The notes beneath the pieces were generated by a model. That model was given only the letters and a program-made list of their open reading frames with translations, searched no databases and was not told where the DNA came from. A program made the translations under genes and the position numbers. Positions 19,467 to 29,300 of a stretch of 64,000 nucleotides of DNA are shown in pieces. Numbering within the stretch: position 1 is the stretch's first letter; every line of letters begins with the position of its first letter. The DNA lies in the NCBI GenBank assembly GCA_002495525.1, contig DAFS01000037.1, positions 19,103 to 83,102 on the forward strand, written 5' to 3'. The stretch comes from Euryarchaeota archaeon UBA89 (GTDB taxonomy: Archaea; Thermoplasmatota; Poseidoniia; Poseidoniales; Thalassarchaeaceae).

Positions 19467-20044
19467 TAAATTGGCCCAAGAACCAATCTGGGGTCCGGAT
19501 AATTTTCTAATGCCTCATCTCTATACTGTGGGTCGACAACTCCCGGCATATCATGAGTTTCAGGTTCATTAATTGATAGTTGAAAATGCAAATGCGATTC
19601 CCATCCCCCATTCTCATGTTTATCACCCATCCAACAAATCACTTCTCCGCGTGAGATATTTTGGCCAATTTTTTTCCCTTTTATTGATTTAGCACTCAAA
19701 TGCCCATAAAGCGCCCATATTGGTTTATTATCCACCAAGTGCTTTGTTATTATTACATATCCATAATCTCCGTCTGCTGGATTATATCCAAAATGTGAAA
19801 TTACTCCCTGATCAAATGCCATACAAGGTGTACCTACAGGAGCTCCAATATCTATGCCAATATGTAGGAATCTACCATCAGAAAATAGTTCGGTAGAATA
19901 CATCCCTGGCCTTAATTCGTCATATCTCCCAATATCGTATTCAAATCTTGAAGGAGTATATTCACCTCCAGTGAAATCTCTAACTTCATATTCATTTGGT
20001 AGATTAACTACTGGATGATATCGCCCGGTTTGCCACTTAATCAT
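19463..20044 (-). CDS. M23-family metallopeptidase (peptidoglycan DD-endopeptidase-like)
   Basis: HxGxD (HIGID), GTP, GDYG, YGHL, HLHFQ Zn motifs; no signal peptide. Confidence 0.88.
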   Translation of the reverse strand: MIKWQTGRYHPVVNLPNEYEVRDFTGGEYTPSRFEYDIGRYDELRPGMYSTELFSDGRFLHIGIDIGAPVGTPCMAFDQGVISHFGYNPADGDYGYVIITKHLVDNKPIWALYGHLSAKSIKGKKIGQNISRGEVICWMGDKHENGGWESHLHFQLSINEPETHDMPGVVDPQYRDEALENYPDPRLVLGPIY

Positions 20045-20068
20045 ATACCCGGATTAGGGTCTAGGTTT

Positions 20069-21307
20069 TCATCCCTCTTCATCAGTATTTTCCTTCATAA
20101 CAGTAGGTGTTCTAATTGACTCAGAAATGGATTTTTGCTCAACTAGATTTTTAGGTAGGTTTGTAGCAATATCCAGCTTCTCCAGTTTACGACCTTGAGG
20201 TAATACATTAGTTTCCCATGAACCTACTGCTTTATTATAAAATTCAGTTGCTTTACCTAACCTATTACCTACTTCCGCAAAATGTTCACTCCAAGTAGTC
20301 ATTCTTTTGTAAAATAACTGTGCAACTTCAACCACTTCTTTTGCTTCTTCAGCAAATCTAACTTGTTGCCAATACAAAGCAGCAGTTCTTAGTAATGCGA
20401 TTAGGGAAGCAGGCGATGTAATTATCACCCCTCTATTCATTGCATCAGAATGTAATGTTGGATCTACTTCAAAGGCGGCAGAAACTAAAGCTTCGGATGG
20501 TACAAACATTACTACGAAATCAGCCCTTCCTGATACCTTTGTCAAATATCCCTTTTCTGCTAATTTATTCATTGTATCCCGCATTGATTTTGCATGTTGA
20601 ATTAATTTCTCTTGTCTCGCATCTAAATCTTCAATTTCTAAAGCCTCAAGGTAATGTTTACCACTGGTTTTCGCATCAATTGGAATTGATCCATCGCCTG
20701 GAAGACGTACAATGACATCAGGGATAAGTCCCGAAGCACCCTTTTGTTCTAAGAAATCGGTATGTTTTGTCATACCTGCCATTTCAAGTAAATTCCTCAA
20801 TGCGATTTCACCCCAATCTCCCCTAACTGAAGAACTTTTTCGGAGTGCAGTTGAAAGATTTGAGGCTTCTTTTCCTAAACTCTCTGTACGAATTCCTAGA
20901 TCTGTAATCTGCCTCTTAATACCTGAATATGCATCTCTACGTTCCTTTTCAAGATCTTTAGAAAATTTTTCTAAATCATTAAGAGATTTTGTCATTGGAC
21001 CGAATAATGAATCAATTTCTTTCTGCCTAGCAATATGATCTTTTTCTGCTGAAATTTGCACTTTCCCAAGTCTCTCTTCAGCAAGCTTTAGGAAATCTTC
21101 TGAGTTCTTCCTTCCTAAATCTGTTACTAGATTTTCTATTTCTGCCTTCACTCTAATTTCTGAGGTTGCTATTGCCTCCTCTTTTGCTTTAATCCTCTCT
21201 TCTGTTCTAATAACTTCACCACTTAATTTCTGTCTTGCAATCAGCCAACCAATTGTCGCTCCAAGTGTCAAACCAATAGCAACATATACAAGTCCCATTA
21301 AATCCAT
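20069..21307 (-). CDS. rmuC: DNA recombination protein RmuC family
   Basis: N-terminal TM and coiled coil; RG.WGE..L..LLE.AG, PD.IV.LP, IDAK, L..K.Y, DFVVMFVPSE, SP.SL..LL. Confidence 0.92.
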   Translation of the reverse strand: MDLMGLVYVAIGLTLGATIGWLIARQKLSGEVIRTEERIKAKEEAIATSEIRVKAEIENLVTDLGRKNSEDFLKLAEERLGKVQISAEKDHIARQKEIDSLFGPMTKSLNDLEKFSKDLEKERRDAYSGIKRQITDLGIRTESLGKEASNLSTALRKSSSVRGDWGEIALRNLLEMAGMTKHTDFLEQKGASGLIPDVIVRLPGDGSIPIDAKTSGKHYLEALEIEDLDARQEKLIQHAKSMRDTMNKLAEKGYLTKVSGRADFVVMFVPSEALVSAAFEVDPTLHSDAMNRGVIITSPASLIALLRTAALYWQQVRFAEEAKEVVEVAQLFYKRMTTWSEHFAEVGNRLGKATEFYNKAVGSWETNVLPQGRKLEKLDIATNLPKNLVEQKSISESIRTPTVMKENTDEEG

Positions 21308-21410
21308 AATATCTGTTTGTAATTGACAGTATTTGAACTTGTAGATTTTATCTTTGTTAATAATCTCTAAACAGTTCTTATTAGGTAGATGTTCTTCATC
21401 ATATTACGTG

Positions 21411-22538
21411 ATGTCTATGCGACCTGTAAATTGTGCAATTCTTGGGTCAAGAGGTTTGGTTGCCCAGAGGTATATTCAAAGATTAGTCAATCATGATTGG
21501 TTTAATCCAGTATCTATTGTAGGTTCAAGTTCAACTGTGGGAATGAATATTCGAGATTTACCTTGGTATCTTGATGAAAAAAGGCCTCAGTTACCAGATA
21601 TTAATGTCTTAGGATTAAATGATTTAGATACACTTGTGGATGAATTGATAAAAAAAAAAGTTACTGTAATATTTTCTGCATTACCTGACTCAATTGCCAG
21701 TGAAGTAGAGAAGCCTCTGGCTGAAAGAGGGTTTTGTGTAATTAGTCATGCGTTAATTCATAGATTAAAGGCTGAGGTTCCTCTGGTAATTCCAGATATT
21801 AATTCTGACCATTTAAAGATTTTAGAATCTCAAAGTTTTGGTACGGGATCACTAATTTCTTGTAGTAATTGCATGGTAGTCCCTATTGCTTTGACTTTAT
21901 TCCCCTTAATGTCTGAATATGATTTTTCTACTGTAAAAATTATTACTGAACAATCGTTATCTGGTGGAGGTAGGAAGATGCTAGAAAGAGGTAGAAGCGG
22001 TCTAGAAATTGCTTCTTCGATTCCCGGTGAATCTGAAAGTATTATATCTGAATTAAATAGAATTTTAGGTGAAAAAAATGAAGGCATTTTTCAAGAAGCA
22101 AATTTAGATGTGAAAGTTTGGTGTTCTCGGGCTAGTCATGATTTTGGTCACTTAGCTACAGTTGAGATAATTTTTTCCAACGAAATCAGTGCTCATGAAA
22201 TAATTGAAGCGTGGCAAAATTTTTCATCGAGGGTCTTCGATTCCAGACTCCCATCCTCGTCAAAGATAATCAACTTCGTGGATGGTAAGTTAGATCCAAT
22301 TAAACATAGATGGAGTGGTTCAGTAACTGCATTGCCAGATGAAGATCTTAGCGCTGGCATGCCAGTTTCTGTAGGTGAAATAGAAGTATCTGGTAAGAAA
22401 CTAAAATTCAAGTTATTATCTGATAATACTATTAGAGGGGCTGCAGGATATGGTGTTCTTCTTGCTGAGTTACTACTTGTTGAAGAATTAATTCCAGAAA
22501 AAAATCTAATCAATATGAGTTTTAATAGACGTAATTGA
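21411..22538 (+). CDS. asd: Aspartate-semialdehyde dehydrogenase (archaeal type, divergent)
   Basis: ILGxxGLV.Q, FSALP, VPLVIP..N..H, NC catalytic Cys, QSLSG.G, GH, NTIRGAAG. Confidence 0.8.
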   Translation: MSMRPVNCAILGSRGLVAQRYIQRLVNHDWFNPVSIVGSSSTVGMNIRDLPWYLDEKRPQLPDINVLGLNDLDTLVDELIKKKVTVIFSALPDSIASEVEKPLAERGFCVISHALIHRLKAEVPLVIPDINSDHLKILESQSFGTGSLISCSNCMVVPIALTLFPLMSEYDFSTVKIITEQSLSGGGRKMLERGRSGLEIASSIPGESESIISELNRILGEKNEGIFQEANLDVKVWCSRASHDFGHLATVEIIFSNEISAHEIIEAWQNFSSRVFDSRLPSSSKIINFVDGKLDPIKHRWSGSVTALPDEDLSAGMPVSVGEIEVSGKKLKFKLLSDNTIRGAAGYGVLLAELLLVEELIPEKNLINMSFNRRN

Positions 22539-22564
22539 TATGTATTATCTTCTCGGATAATTTA

Positions 22565-23176
22565 ATGAGACTTCGCCATCTTGCCATGTCTCTTTCAAAA
22601 TTACAACCACATCCTTGTGAAAATGTTGATTTAGAACAGTACTCTACTGACGGCAATATTGCATCTAAATTCATTTCATCTATAGTCTCATATGGAGATT
22701 TATCTTCTGATTCTATTATCGGTGACTTGGGGGCTGGAAATGGTATTCTTGGGATAGGCGCACTGAAAGTCGGCGCGGGAAAATGTATTTTTCTAGAAGC
22801 AGATAAGAATGCTTGTGAAATATTGCAAGAAAATTTAATTTCAAATAATTTTAAGGATTCAGGAGTAATAATTAATCAGTTCTTGGACATTAATACAAAT
22901 TTTCCTAAAGTTGACTTGATTATTTGTAATCCTCCATGGGGTAGACAAAAAGAAAAAGCAGACCGTCCATTTTTAGATTTAATCATAAAAAATGGCACTG
23001 TTTCCCATTTAATGCATAGCGCTCATGCAAATCATTTACACCCCTTCTTCGAATCAAGAAATTGGTCGGTAGAAAAATATGGTGAATATGATTTCAATTT
23101 ACCTGCTAATTTCTCTCATCATCGGAAAGAAAAAGAATCTACTAAAGTAGGATTCTGGCGTTTTTCACCAAATTGA
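22565..23176 (+). CDS. METTL5-like N6-adenine RNA methyltransferase
   Basis: LEQYxT, DLGAGNGILG, NPPWG, D..FL, FxHH motifs; adjacency to csl4 is a common archaeal arrangement. Confidence 0.85.
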   Translation: MRLRHLAMSLSKLQPHPCENVDLEQYSTDGNIASKFISSIVSYGDLSSDSIIGDLGAGNGILGIGALKVGAGKCIFLEADKNACEILQENLISNNFKDSGVIINQFLDINTNFPKVDLIICNPPWGRQKEKADRPFLDLIIKNGTVSHLMHSAHANHLHPFFESRNWSVEKYGEYDFNLPANFSHHRKEKESTKVGFWRFSPN

Positions 23177-23230
23177 ATTTTTGTTTTTTGACCCGTGTTC
23201 TTCATAGGTGAATCATCAGTCGCGTAACCA

Positions 23231-24502
23231 ATGAGTGCTTCAGCAGGTGACTTTGTTACGCCAGGAACACGTGTTTTAGCAGATGAAAATACGTCTCTAG
23301 GTGATGGGCTTGTTTCTACAGAAAATGGTGCCCTGGCTTTACTTTCAGGGAAATTAATTGAAGAGAATGGAGTCATCTCAGTTGAGATTTCAGGTTCCAC
23401 TGCTAATTTACCAAAAATTGGCGATATAGTAATTGGGCAAGTAAATCGTCTTAATGCGAAAACAGCTGAGATTAGGATATTACATATTGAAGGAAAAGAT
23501 GGTGGAGAAAGAGATATTCCTGCTTTGAAATTATTTGCCGATATATACGTGACTGATTTTGTTGATCGATACATTCCATCAGCCGGAGATGCAATGCGTT
23601 CTAGAGATATTATAAGGGCTAAGATAACTCAATTTGAGCCCATGCTAAAAGCTTCAACTAGAGATGGTCCTAGTTTGGGTGTCGTCCACGCTATTTGCCC
23701 TACATGTGGTGCAGAATTACAAAAAAATGATTCTATTCCAGATTTTAATGTGAAATGTAATATGTGTGATTACAAAGGCTATCGTGTTCTTTCTAGTGGT
23801 TTTGGCACTGGTTATTCAGTACCTGAAAATTCAGATATTGATAAATTCAATAGACCTGGTGAGAGATGGTCTGAGCAGGCAGAGAAAGTTCTTGGGCATG
23901 ATGGAGCCCGTCCATATCTTTCCCCCTTAGCAGACTTTAGGAGGGGAATAAAACATGAAATTCCACCCTCAGCCGCCAGGCAAATTGGCCGTAATAATTC
24001 TAATAATCGTTCAAGAGGTCAACGTAGGGAGATGCATAAAACAACTTGCACAATGTGCTTAAAACCTACTGAAGTGCCATTTAAGCCAACTCCTGGGAAG
24101 CCAATTAGATGCCGTGAATGTATGGATAAGGTGAATAATGGTACTGCTACAAAGGAAGAACTCTCTGCTGAACGTCAGGTTTTGAAAGCAGCTAGATCTA
24201 AAATGTTAGAATCATCTGGAATTAAGTTATTCGTGGGAAGTATTTCTTGGGATGCAAACGAAGAGGACTTAAGGAAATTATTTTCAACTTTCGGGGAACT
24301 TAAAGAAGTACATATTGCAAAAGATCGTGAGACAGGTAAATCTAGAGGTTTTGCCTTCATTAAATTTTCAAGTCACAAAGATGGACAAAAGGCGGTCAAA
24401 GAATTAGATGGTACAGAATTTCATGGTCGTAAAATAAGTGTTCAAGAGTCTAATGAATCTCGTGGTGGGTCTGGTAATAGGCGTAGACATGGTAGAAAAT
24501 AA
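23231..24502 (+). CDS. csl4: Exosome RNA-binding subunit Csl4 fused to CxxC-x17-CxxC Zn ribbon and RRM
   Basis: FVTPG N-domain, PKIGDIVIG S1 domain, DIIRAK, LGVV.A.CxxC...CxxC; then EMHKTTCxxC...EVPFKP..GKP..CxxC; RRM RNP2 LFVGSI and RNP1 RGFAFIKF. Confidence 0.85.
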   Translation: MSASAGDFVTPGTRVLADENTSLGDGLVSTENGALALLSGKLIEENGVISVEISGSTANLPKIGDIVIGQVNRLNAKTAEIRILHIEGKDGGERDIPALKLFADIYVTDFVDRYIPSAGDAMRSRDIIRAKITQFEPMLKASTRDGPSLGVVHAICPTCGAELQKNDSIPDFNVKCNMCDYKGYRVLSSGFGTGYSVPENSDIDKFNRPGERWSEQAEKVLGHDGARPYLSPLADFRRGIKHEIPPSAARQIGRNNSNNRSRGQRREMHKTTCTMCLKPTEVPFKPTPGKPIRCRECMDKVNNGTATKEELSAERQVLKAARSKMLESSGIKLFVGSISWDANEEDLRKLFSTFGELKEVHIAKDRETGKSRGFAFIKFSSHKDGQKAVKELDGTEFHGRKISVQESNESRGGSGNRRRHGRK

Positions 24503-24540
24503 CCGTTTGATTCATTGCTGATGGGCTCCCCCTCTGATGT

Positions 24541-26319
24541 ATGGGAGGCTGGCTTGTAATAGATGGCTATGAGGATGAGCCAGCGGCTTTTGGCGTTCCA
24601 AACTATCTTGGTTTCCATATTCGTTATATTTGCGGAGTTCTAGAATCTAGAGGTGTCGAATATACATATCTAACTATAGATCAATGGAGGATTAAATATA
24701 AACAATTTCTGAATGATAAATCAAGTAGAGATAAGATTAGAAGTGAATTAAGTAATCTTGCAGGAACTGTAGTGCTTGCCGGTTCTATAGTTCCAGGAAA
24801 ATATATCCGTGGCACACCAGTTAGTCAGAGAGAATTAGATCAAATCCTTTCTATTATCCCTAGCGAAGTTCCAATATTATGCGGAGGCTGGGCGATAAAA
24901 AATTGGAGATACTCGGGGTGGACTCCTTTGCGTACAAATCTTTTCTGTGCTGTTAATGATGTTGATTCTTCTTTGGCTTTATTTCTTTCTACCGGGGAAT
25001 GGAAACATAGTAGGAGGACAAAAGATGAATGGACTCTTTGGGCGCATTATGGATCTATCTCTAAGGCAGTTACAAACCATCCTGATCTATTAACCGTAGA
25101 TGGAAGATCTGGGCCACTAACCTATGAAATAGAATTATATCAGGGTTGTGTTAGGTTCAAAAGAGGATGTAAATTTTGTATAGAGCCGAAAAAAGGCGTT
25201 CCATTATGGAGAAGCGAAGATGATATCCTAAAAGAAATATCTGGTGCCTTAGATTCTGGTGTGAAAAATATACGTATTGGTGGTGCAACGGATATCTACA
25301 CATATCGTGCAGAAGGCGTTAGAGAATTAGAATATCCAATTCCTAATCCCGAACCAATAAGTCAAATTCTTCATGGGGCAAGAGAAGATGAGAGATTAGA
25401 TATCTTACATGTCGATAATGGAAATCCTTCGATAATTGCTGAGAATATCGAACCATCTACTGAAATAACAAAATGTTTAGTTGAGAATCTGAGTGATGGT
25501 GCAGTTTTATCATTCGGTTTAGAATCAGCAGATCCGCATGTTCATCAGATGAATTGGCTTAACTGTGACCCTAAACAACTCAAGATTGCAATCAAACATA
25601 TCAATGATTTTGGTAGAGTTAAGGGAAAGAGAGGATTACCTAAACTTTTACCCGGTCTTAATTTCATTGCAGGATTAAATGGAGAAACTAAAAACAGTTA
25701 TGATATGAATTTCAATTTATTAGAAGATTTAAGATCAGAGGGGCTGTGGTTACGAAGAATAAATATTAGACAAGTTGAAGGTCAAGGTTTTCAAGAAATA
25801 TCTGGAAATGATTTTAGAAATTTTAAGAAAAAAGTGCGTGAAGAGATTGACAAACCTCTTCTTGAAGAAATATTCCCTATTGGTACAGAATTGTCGCACA
25901 TTTGGTGGGAGTCTCAAGGAGATAGAATTAGAAGACCTGAACAGGTCGATAATCCTGTCCTCAGTTCGCCTTCAATTCATGGAAAATCGGGAATTACTTT
26001 TGGGAGACAGATTGGTGCTTATCCAATATTAGTCGGAGTTCCATACCTAATTCCTCTTGAAACTAGCTCAAATATTGTAGTCACAGGTCATGGAATGAGA
26101 AGTATTTCAGGTGTTGAAATCGGCTTGAATATTAATTCAGTTTCTCAACAACAACTGGAATCTATACCTGGAATTGGAAAGAAAGCAGCATGGAGAATAA
26201 TTAGTTCCAGAGCTAAAGCCAGTCGGAGCTCAAAAATTCCCTTTGATTCCGTTGAAATGGCTTTTGAAATGGCGCAAGTTGAAATATCTCCGATAGTAGA
26301 AAAAGTATTATCAATCTGA
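24541..26319 (+). CDS. Archaeal radical SAM protein with C-terminal TRAM-like and helix-hairpin-helix domains (COG1031-like)
   Basis: IDGY.DEPA.FGVP.Y, GCx6CxFC.EP, LHVDN.NP, GLESAD, RRINIRQV, TFGRQ.G.YP, IN......L..IPGIGKK HhH. Confidence 0.85.
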   Translation: MGGWLVIDGYEDEPAAFGVPNYLGFHIRYICGVLESRGVEYTYLTIDQWRIKYKQFLNDKSSRDKIRSELSNLAGTVVLAGSIVPGKYIRGTPVSQRELDQILSIIPSEVPILCGGWAIKNWRYSGWTPLRTNLFCAVNDVDSSLALFLSTGEWKHSRRTKDEWTLWAHYGSISKAVTNHPDLLTVDGRSGPLTYEIELYQGCVRFKRGCKFCIEPKKGVPLWRSEDDILKEISGALDSGVKNIRIGGATDIYTYRAEGVRELEYPIPNPEPISQILHGAREDERLDILHVDNGNPSIIAENIEPSTEITKCLVENLSDGAVLSFGLESADPHVHQMNWLNCDPKQLKIAIKHINDFGRVKGKRGLPKLLPGLNFIAGLNGETKNSYDMNFNLLEDLRSEGLWLRRINIRQVEGQGFQEISGNDFRNFKKKVREEIDKPLLEEIFPIGTELSHIWWESQGDRIRRPEQVDNPVLSSPSIHGKSGITFGRQIGAYPILVGVPYLIPLETSSNIVVTGHGMRSISGVEIGLNINSVSQQQLESIPGIGKKAAWRIISSRAKASRSSKIPFDSVEMAFEMAQVEISPIVEKVLSI

Positions 26320-26378
26320 TACATTAGTATATCAGTATAGAGGAATAGTCATATTCTCAAGATGTACGCTGGCTTTGT

Positions 26379-29300
26379 ATGTCGAACAATCAGTCTTCTC
26401 AAAAGAATCTCGCGGTTAGTATTTGTATACTCTTTCTATTGGTTCCTTTGTTAGGAATTATCGAATTTCCGGAAGATATAGAAATTAGTGAAGATACAGA
26501 GTTTTCATCAGTAGTTAGAACCTCTAGTGCCATGAATTCTCCGGGTTCTGAAAGAGGAAGTGTATTCACTAATTCAGTATTAGAACTTAATGCGGGCTCT
26601 CCTACTTTAGTTCTTAATAATGGGTCTTTAGTTTCCTTTGATAATGGTTCTCCAATTTTCTCAGAAGGCAATGTCATTTCTATTTCGGGCCAATGTTCAC
26701 TTTTGTCAAATTTCAGTCTTTTCTGTTCAGGAATTAATAACTACGGGCAACTCGGATTAGGTGATCAGCAATTATTGAGTGGATACGTTGATTTTGGTAA
26801 TAAAATCCCTGCGGCTTTATCAGAAGGAAATAATCACTATTGCGCTATCTTGGATGACGGTTCTGTTTCTTGCTGGGGGAGAAATAACAATGGCCAACTT
26901 GGAGATGGTACAAATGCAAATAGAAATTCTCCGGTTTCAGTTAATCTTGGTACCAATAAAACAGCAGTTTCTATTTCTAGCAGTAATGACTTCTCTTGTG
27001 TATTACTGAATACAGGAGAGATTTCTTGCTGGGGTGACAATTCATACGGAATTCTTGCCGATGGCACAACATCGAATAGTAATTCTCCAGTAATTGTTAA
27101 TCATTCAGTAGGTGAAAGGGCAGTTTCAATCGCCACTCCAGGATATAGTGTATGTGCAATATTTTCTTCGGGCAATATTAGTTGCTGGGGAGAATCGTAT
27201 ACGATTTCTTCCTCTAATAGTAATTTGATAAGTGGTTCAATTTCAATAACTCTTCCATCAAATAGAACTGCTATTTCACTTGATGGAACTGGTTCTCATG
27301 TTTGTACAATCCTAGATAATAATTCAATTAATTGTTGGGGATTAAACACCTATGGACAATTAGGGAATGGGGAGTGTTCATCTGTTATTCCAAGTAGTGG
27401 ATGTACCGGAACTAATGCTAATTCTCCTCAATACGTGAATCTTTCAAATGTTATCGCGATATCATCAGGTTCCGATTCTACCTGTTCGATTAATACTAAT
27501 TATCAATTATATTGCTGGGGTAAACAAGAACAGATATTTGATAATACTTCTAATTCTAAATTATCACCATATCTGATGAACTTTAGTGCCTCTGATGTTT
27601 CTTATTCTGATCAAGATATGGATGGAGATGGTATCGTCAACGATTTGGATGTTCACATGTCTGGCGATGATGATGGTGATGGAGTGCCTTCACCTACCGA
27701 TCCTTATCCTAGTAATCCTGCTAGATGGATGGATTGTGAACTTGGATCTTGGGGTAGAATTGATTGTACAGAATCATCTTTGGGGCACTTCTCATTATTT
27801 TCAGCATTATATCAATCTGAATGCGATTTAGGCGAGTATCAACATCAAACCGGAAAATCATATTGTAACCAAGCTTCAGCCGGACATTATGTCGATTCTA
27901 TCGCATCTGCAAATCAGTCAATTTGTCCCGAGGGTTACTATCAAAATCAAATCCATTCATCATCATGTGTTATTTCTAATCCCGGTAGTTTTGTATCTTT
28001 GACCACAGGCGATGCTGGAAATACCAATACCTCCTCATATAACCTTAGCTCAACTAGCGCAAGTTATACTGGTCGTATCGGTAATCAATATGATAATTAT
28101 GATTATTACAACATTAATATTGCGAAGTTTCACCATATTTCAGTAAGTATTGAATCATCAAATGCTGAAGTGAATATCTCACTTTATGATCAATCAATGG
28201 TTCTTCTAGACATTAACAACTCTTTATCTGCTGAACCTATTGTATCTACTAATCTAACTTCAAGTTCTTCCACACGTAATATTTTTATTGTGATTGAGAA
28301 AGTTAACTCGACTGGAGATTATCATATGAATCTAACATACTATACTTCAGATGGTTCTAATGTGATTGGAGATATTTTTAATCTTATAGATTCAGAAATT
28401 GGTGTAGATGAGTCACTATGTTCTGCTGGAACATTTGAGTCAGGATTTGGAAGTTCTTCATGTACAGCAGCAGCACAAGGATATTTTGTACCTAATGCTG
28501 GTTCAATATCTCAAACACCATGTTCACCGGGTACATATCAGGGATTGTCAGGGCAAACGAGTTGCTTGAACACCTCTCCTGGATATTATACTGCTGCTTA
28601 TGGTTCTTTTATTCCGACACCTGCTTCTTTAGGTTATTATGTTAATACAACAGGCGCTACTAACCAAATTGCTTGTTTACCTGGGACGTATCAAAATCAA
28701 ACCGCTCAGACTAGTTGTATCGATACAGATGCAGGATATTTTACTTCTTCATCTGGTTCTCCAGCACAGATACCTTGCTCTAATGGAACATATCAACCCA
28801 ATACTAATCAAGAATCTTGTATTCTTTCTTCTCCAGGCTATCATGTTCCTAACAATGCATCTTCTACTCAGATACCTTGTAATCCTGGAACATATCAGCC
28901 ATTTTCGGGACGTTCAGACTGTATTGATGCGAGCCCGGGATATTATGCTTCTTTAGCAGCATCAACAAACCAATCTCCTTGTGAAATAGGTAGTTTTCAA
29001 CCAAATTCTGGTCAGATTAGGTGTCTTGCAGCTGACCCAGGTCATTTTGTAGATACTAATGCCTCAGTTACTCAAACTGCGTGCGACTTAGGAACATACC
29101 AGCCTTATTCTTCTAGCTCGAGTTGTTTCGATGCGGGTCCCGGGCATTATGTAGATTCAACAGGCTCATCATCACAAATTGCTTGTTTAATTGGGACTTA
29201 TAATCCTAATATTGCTTCTAATAGTTCAACATCTTGTTTAGAGTCTGAACAAGGTTATTACGTTCCAAATAATGGTTCATCAGTACAATTAGTTTGTTTG

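Noticed and set aside
20069..21307. RmuC as marker of a mobile element or defence island
   Set aside because: No integrase, transposase, terminal repeats or evident compositional break around it.
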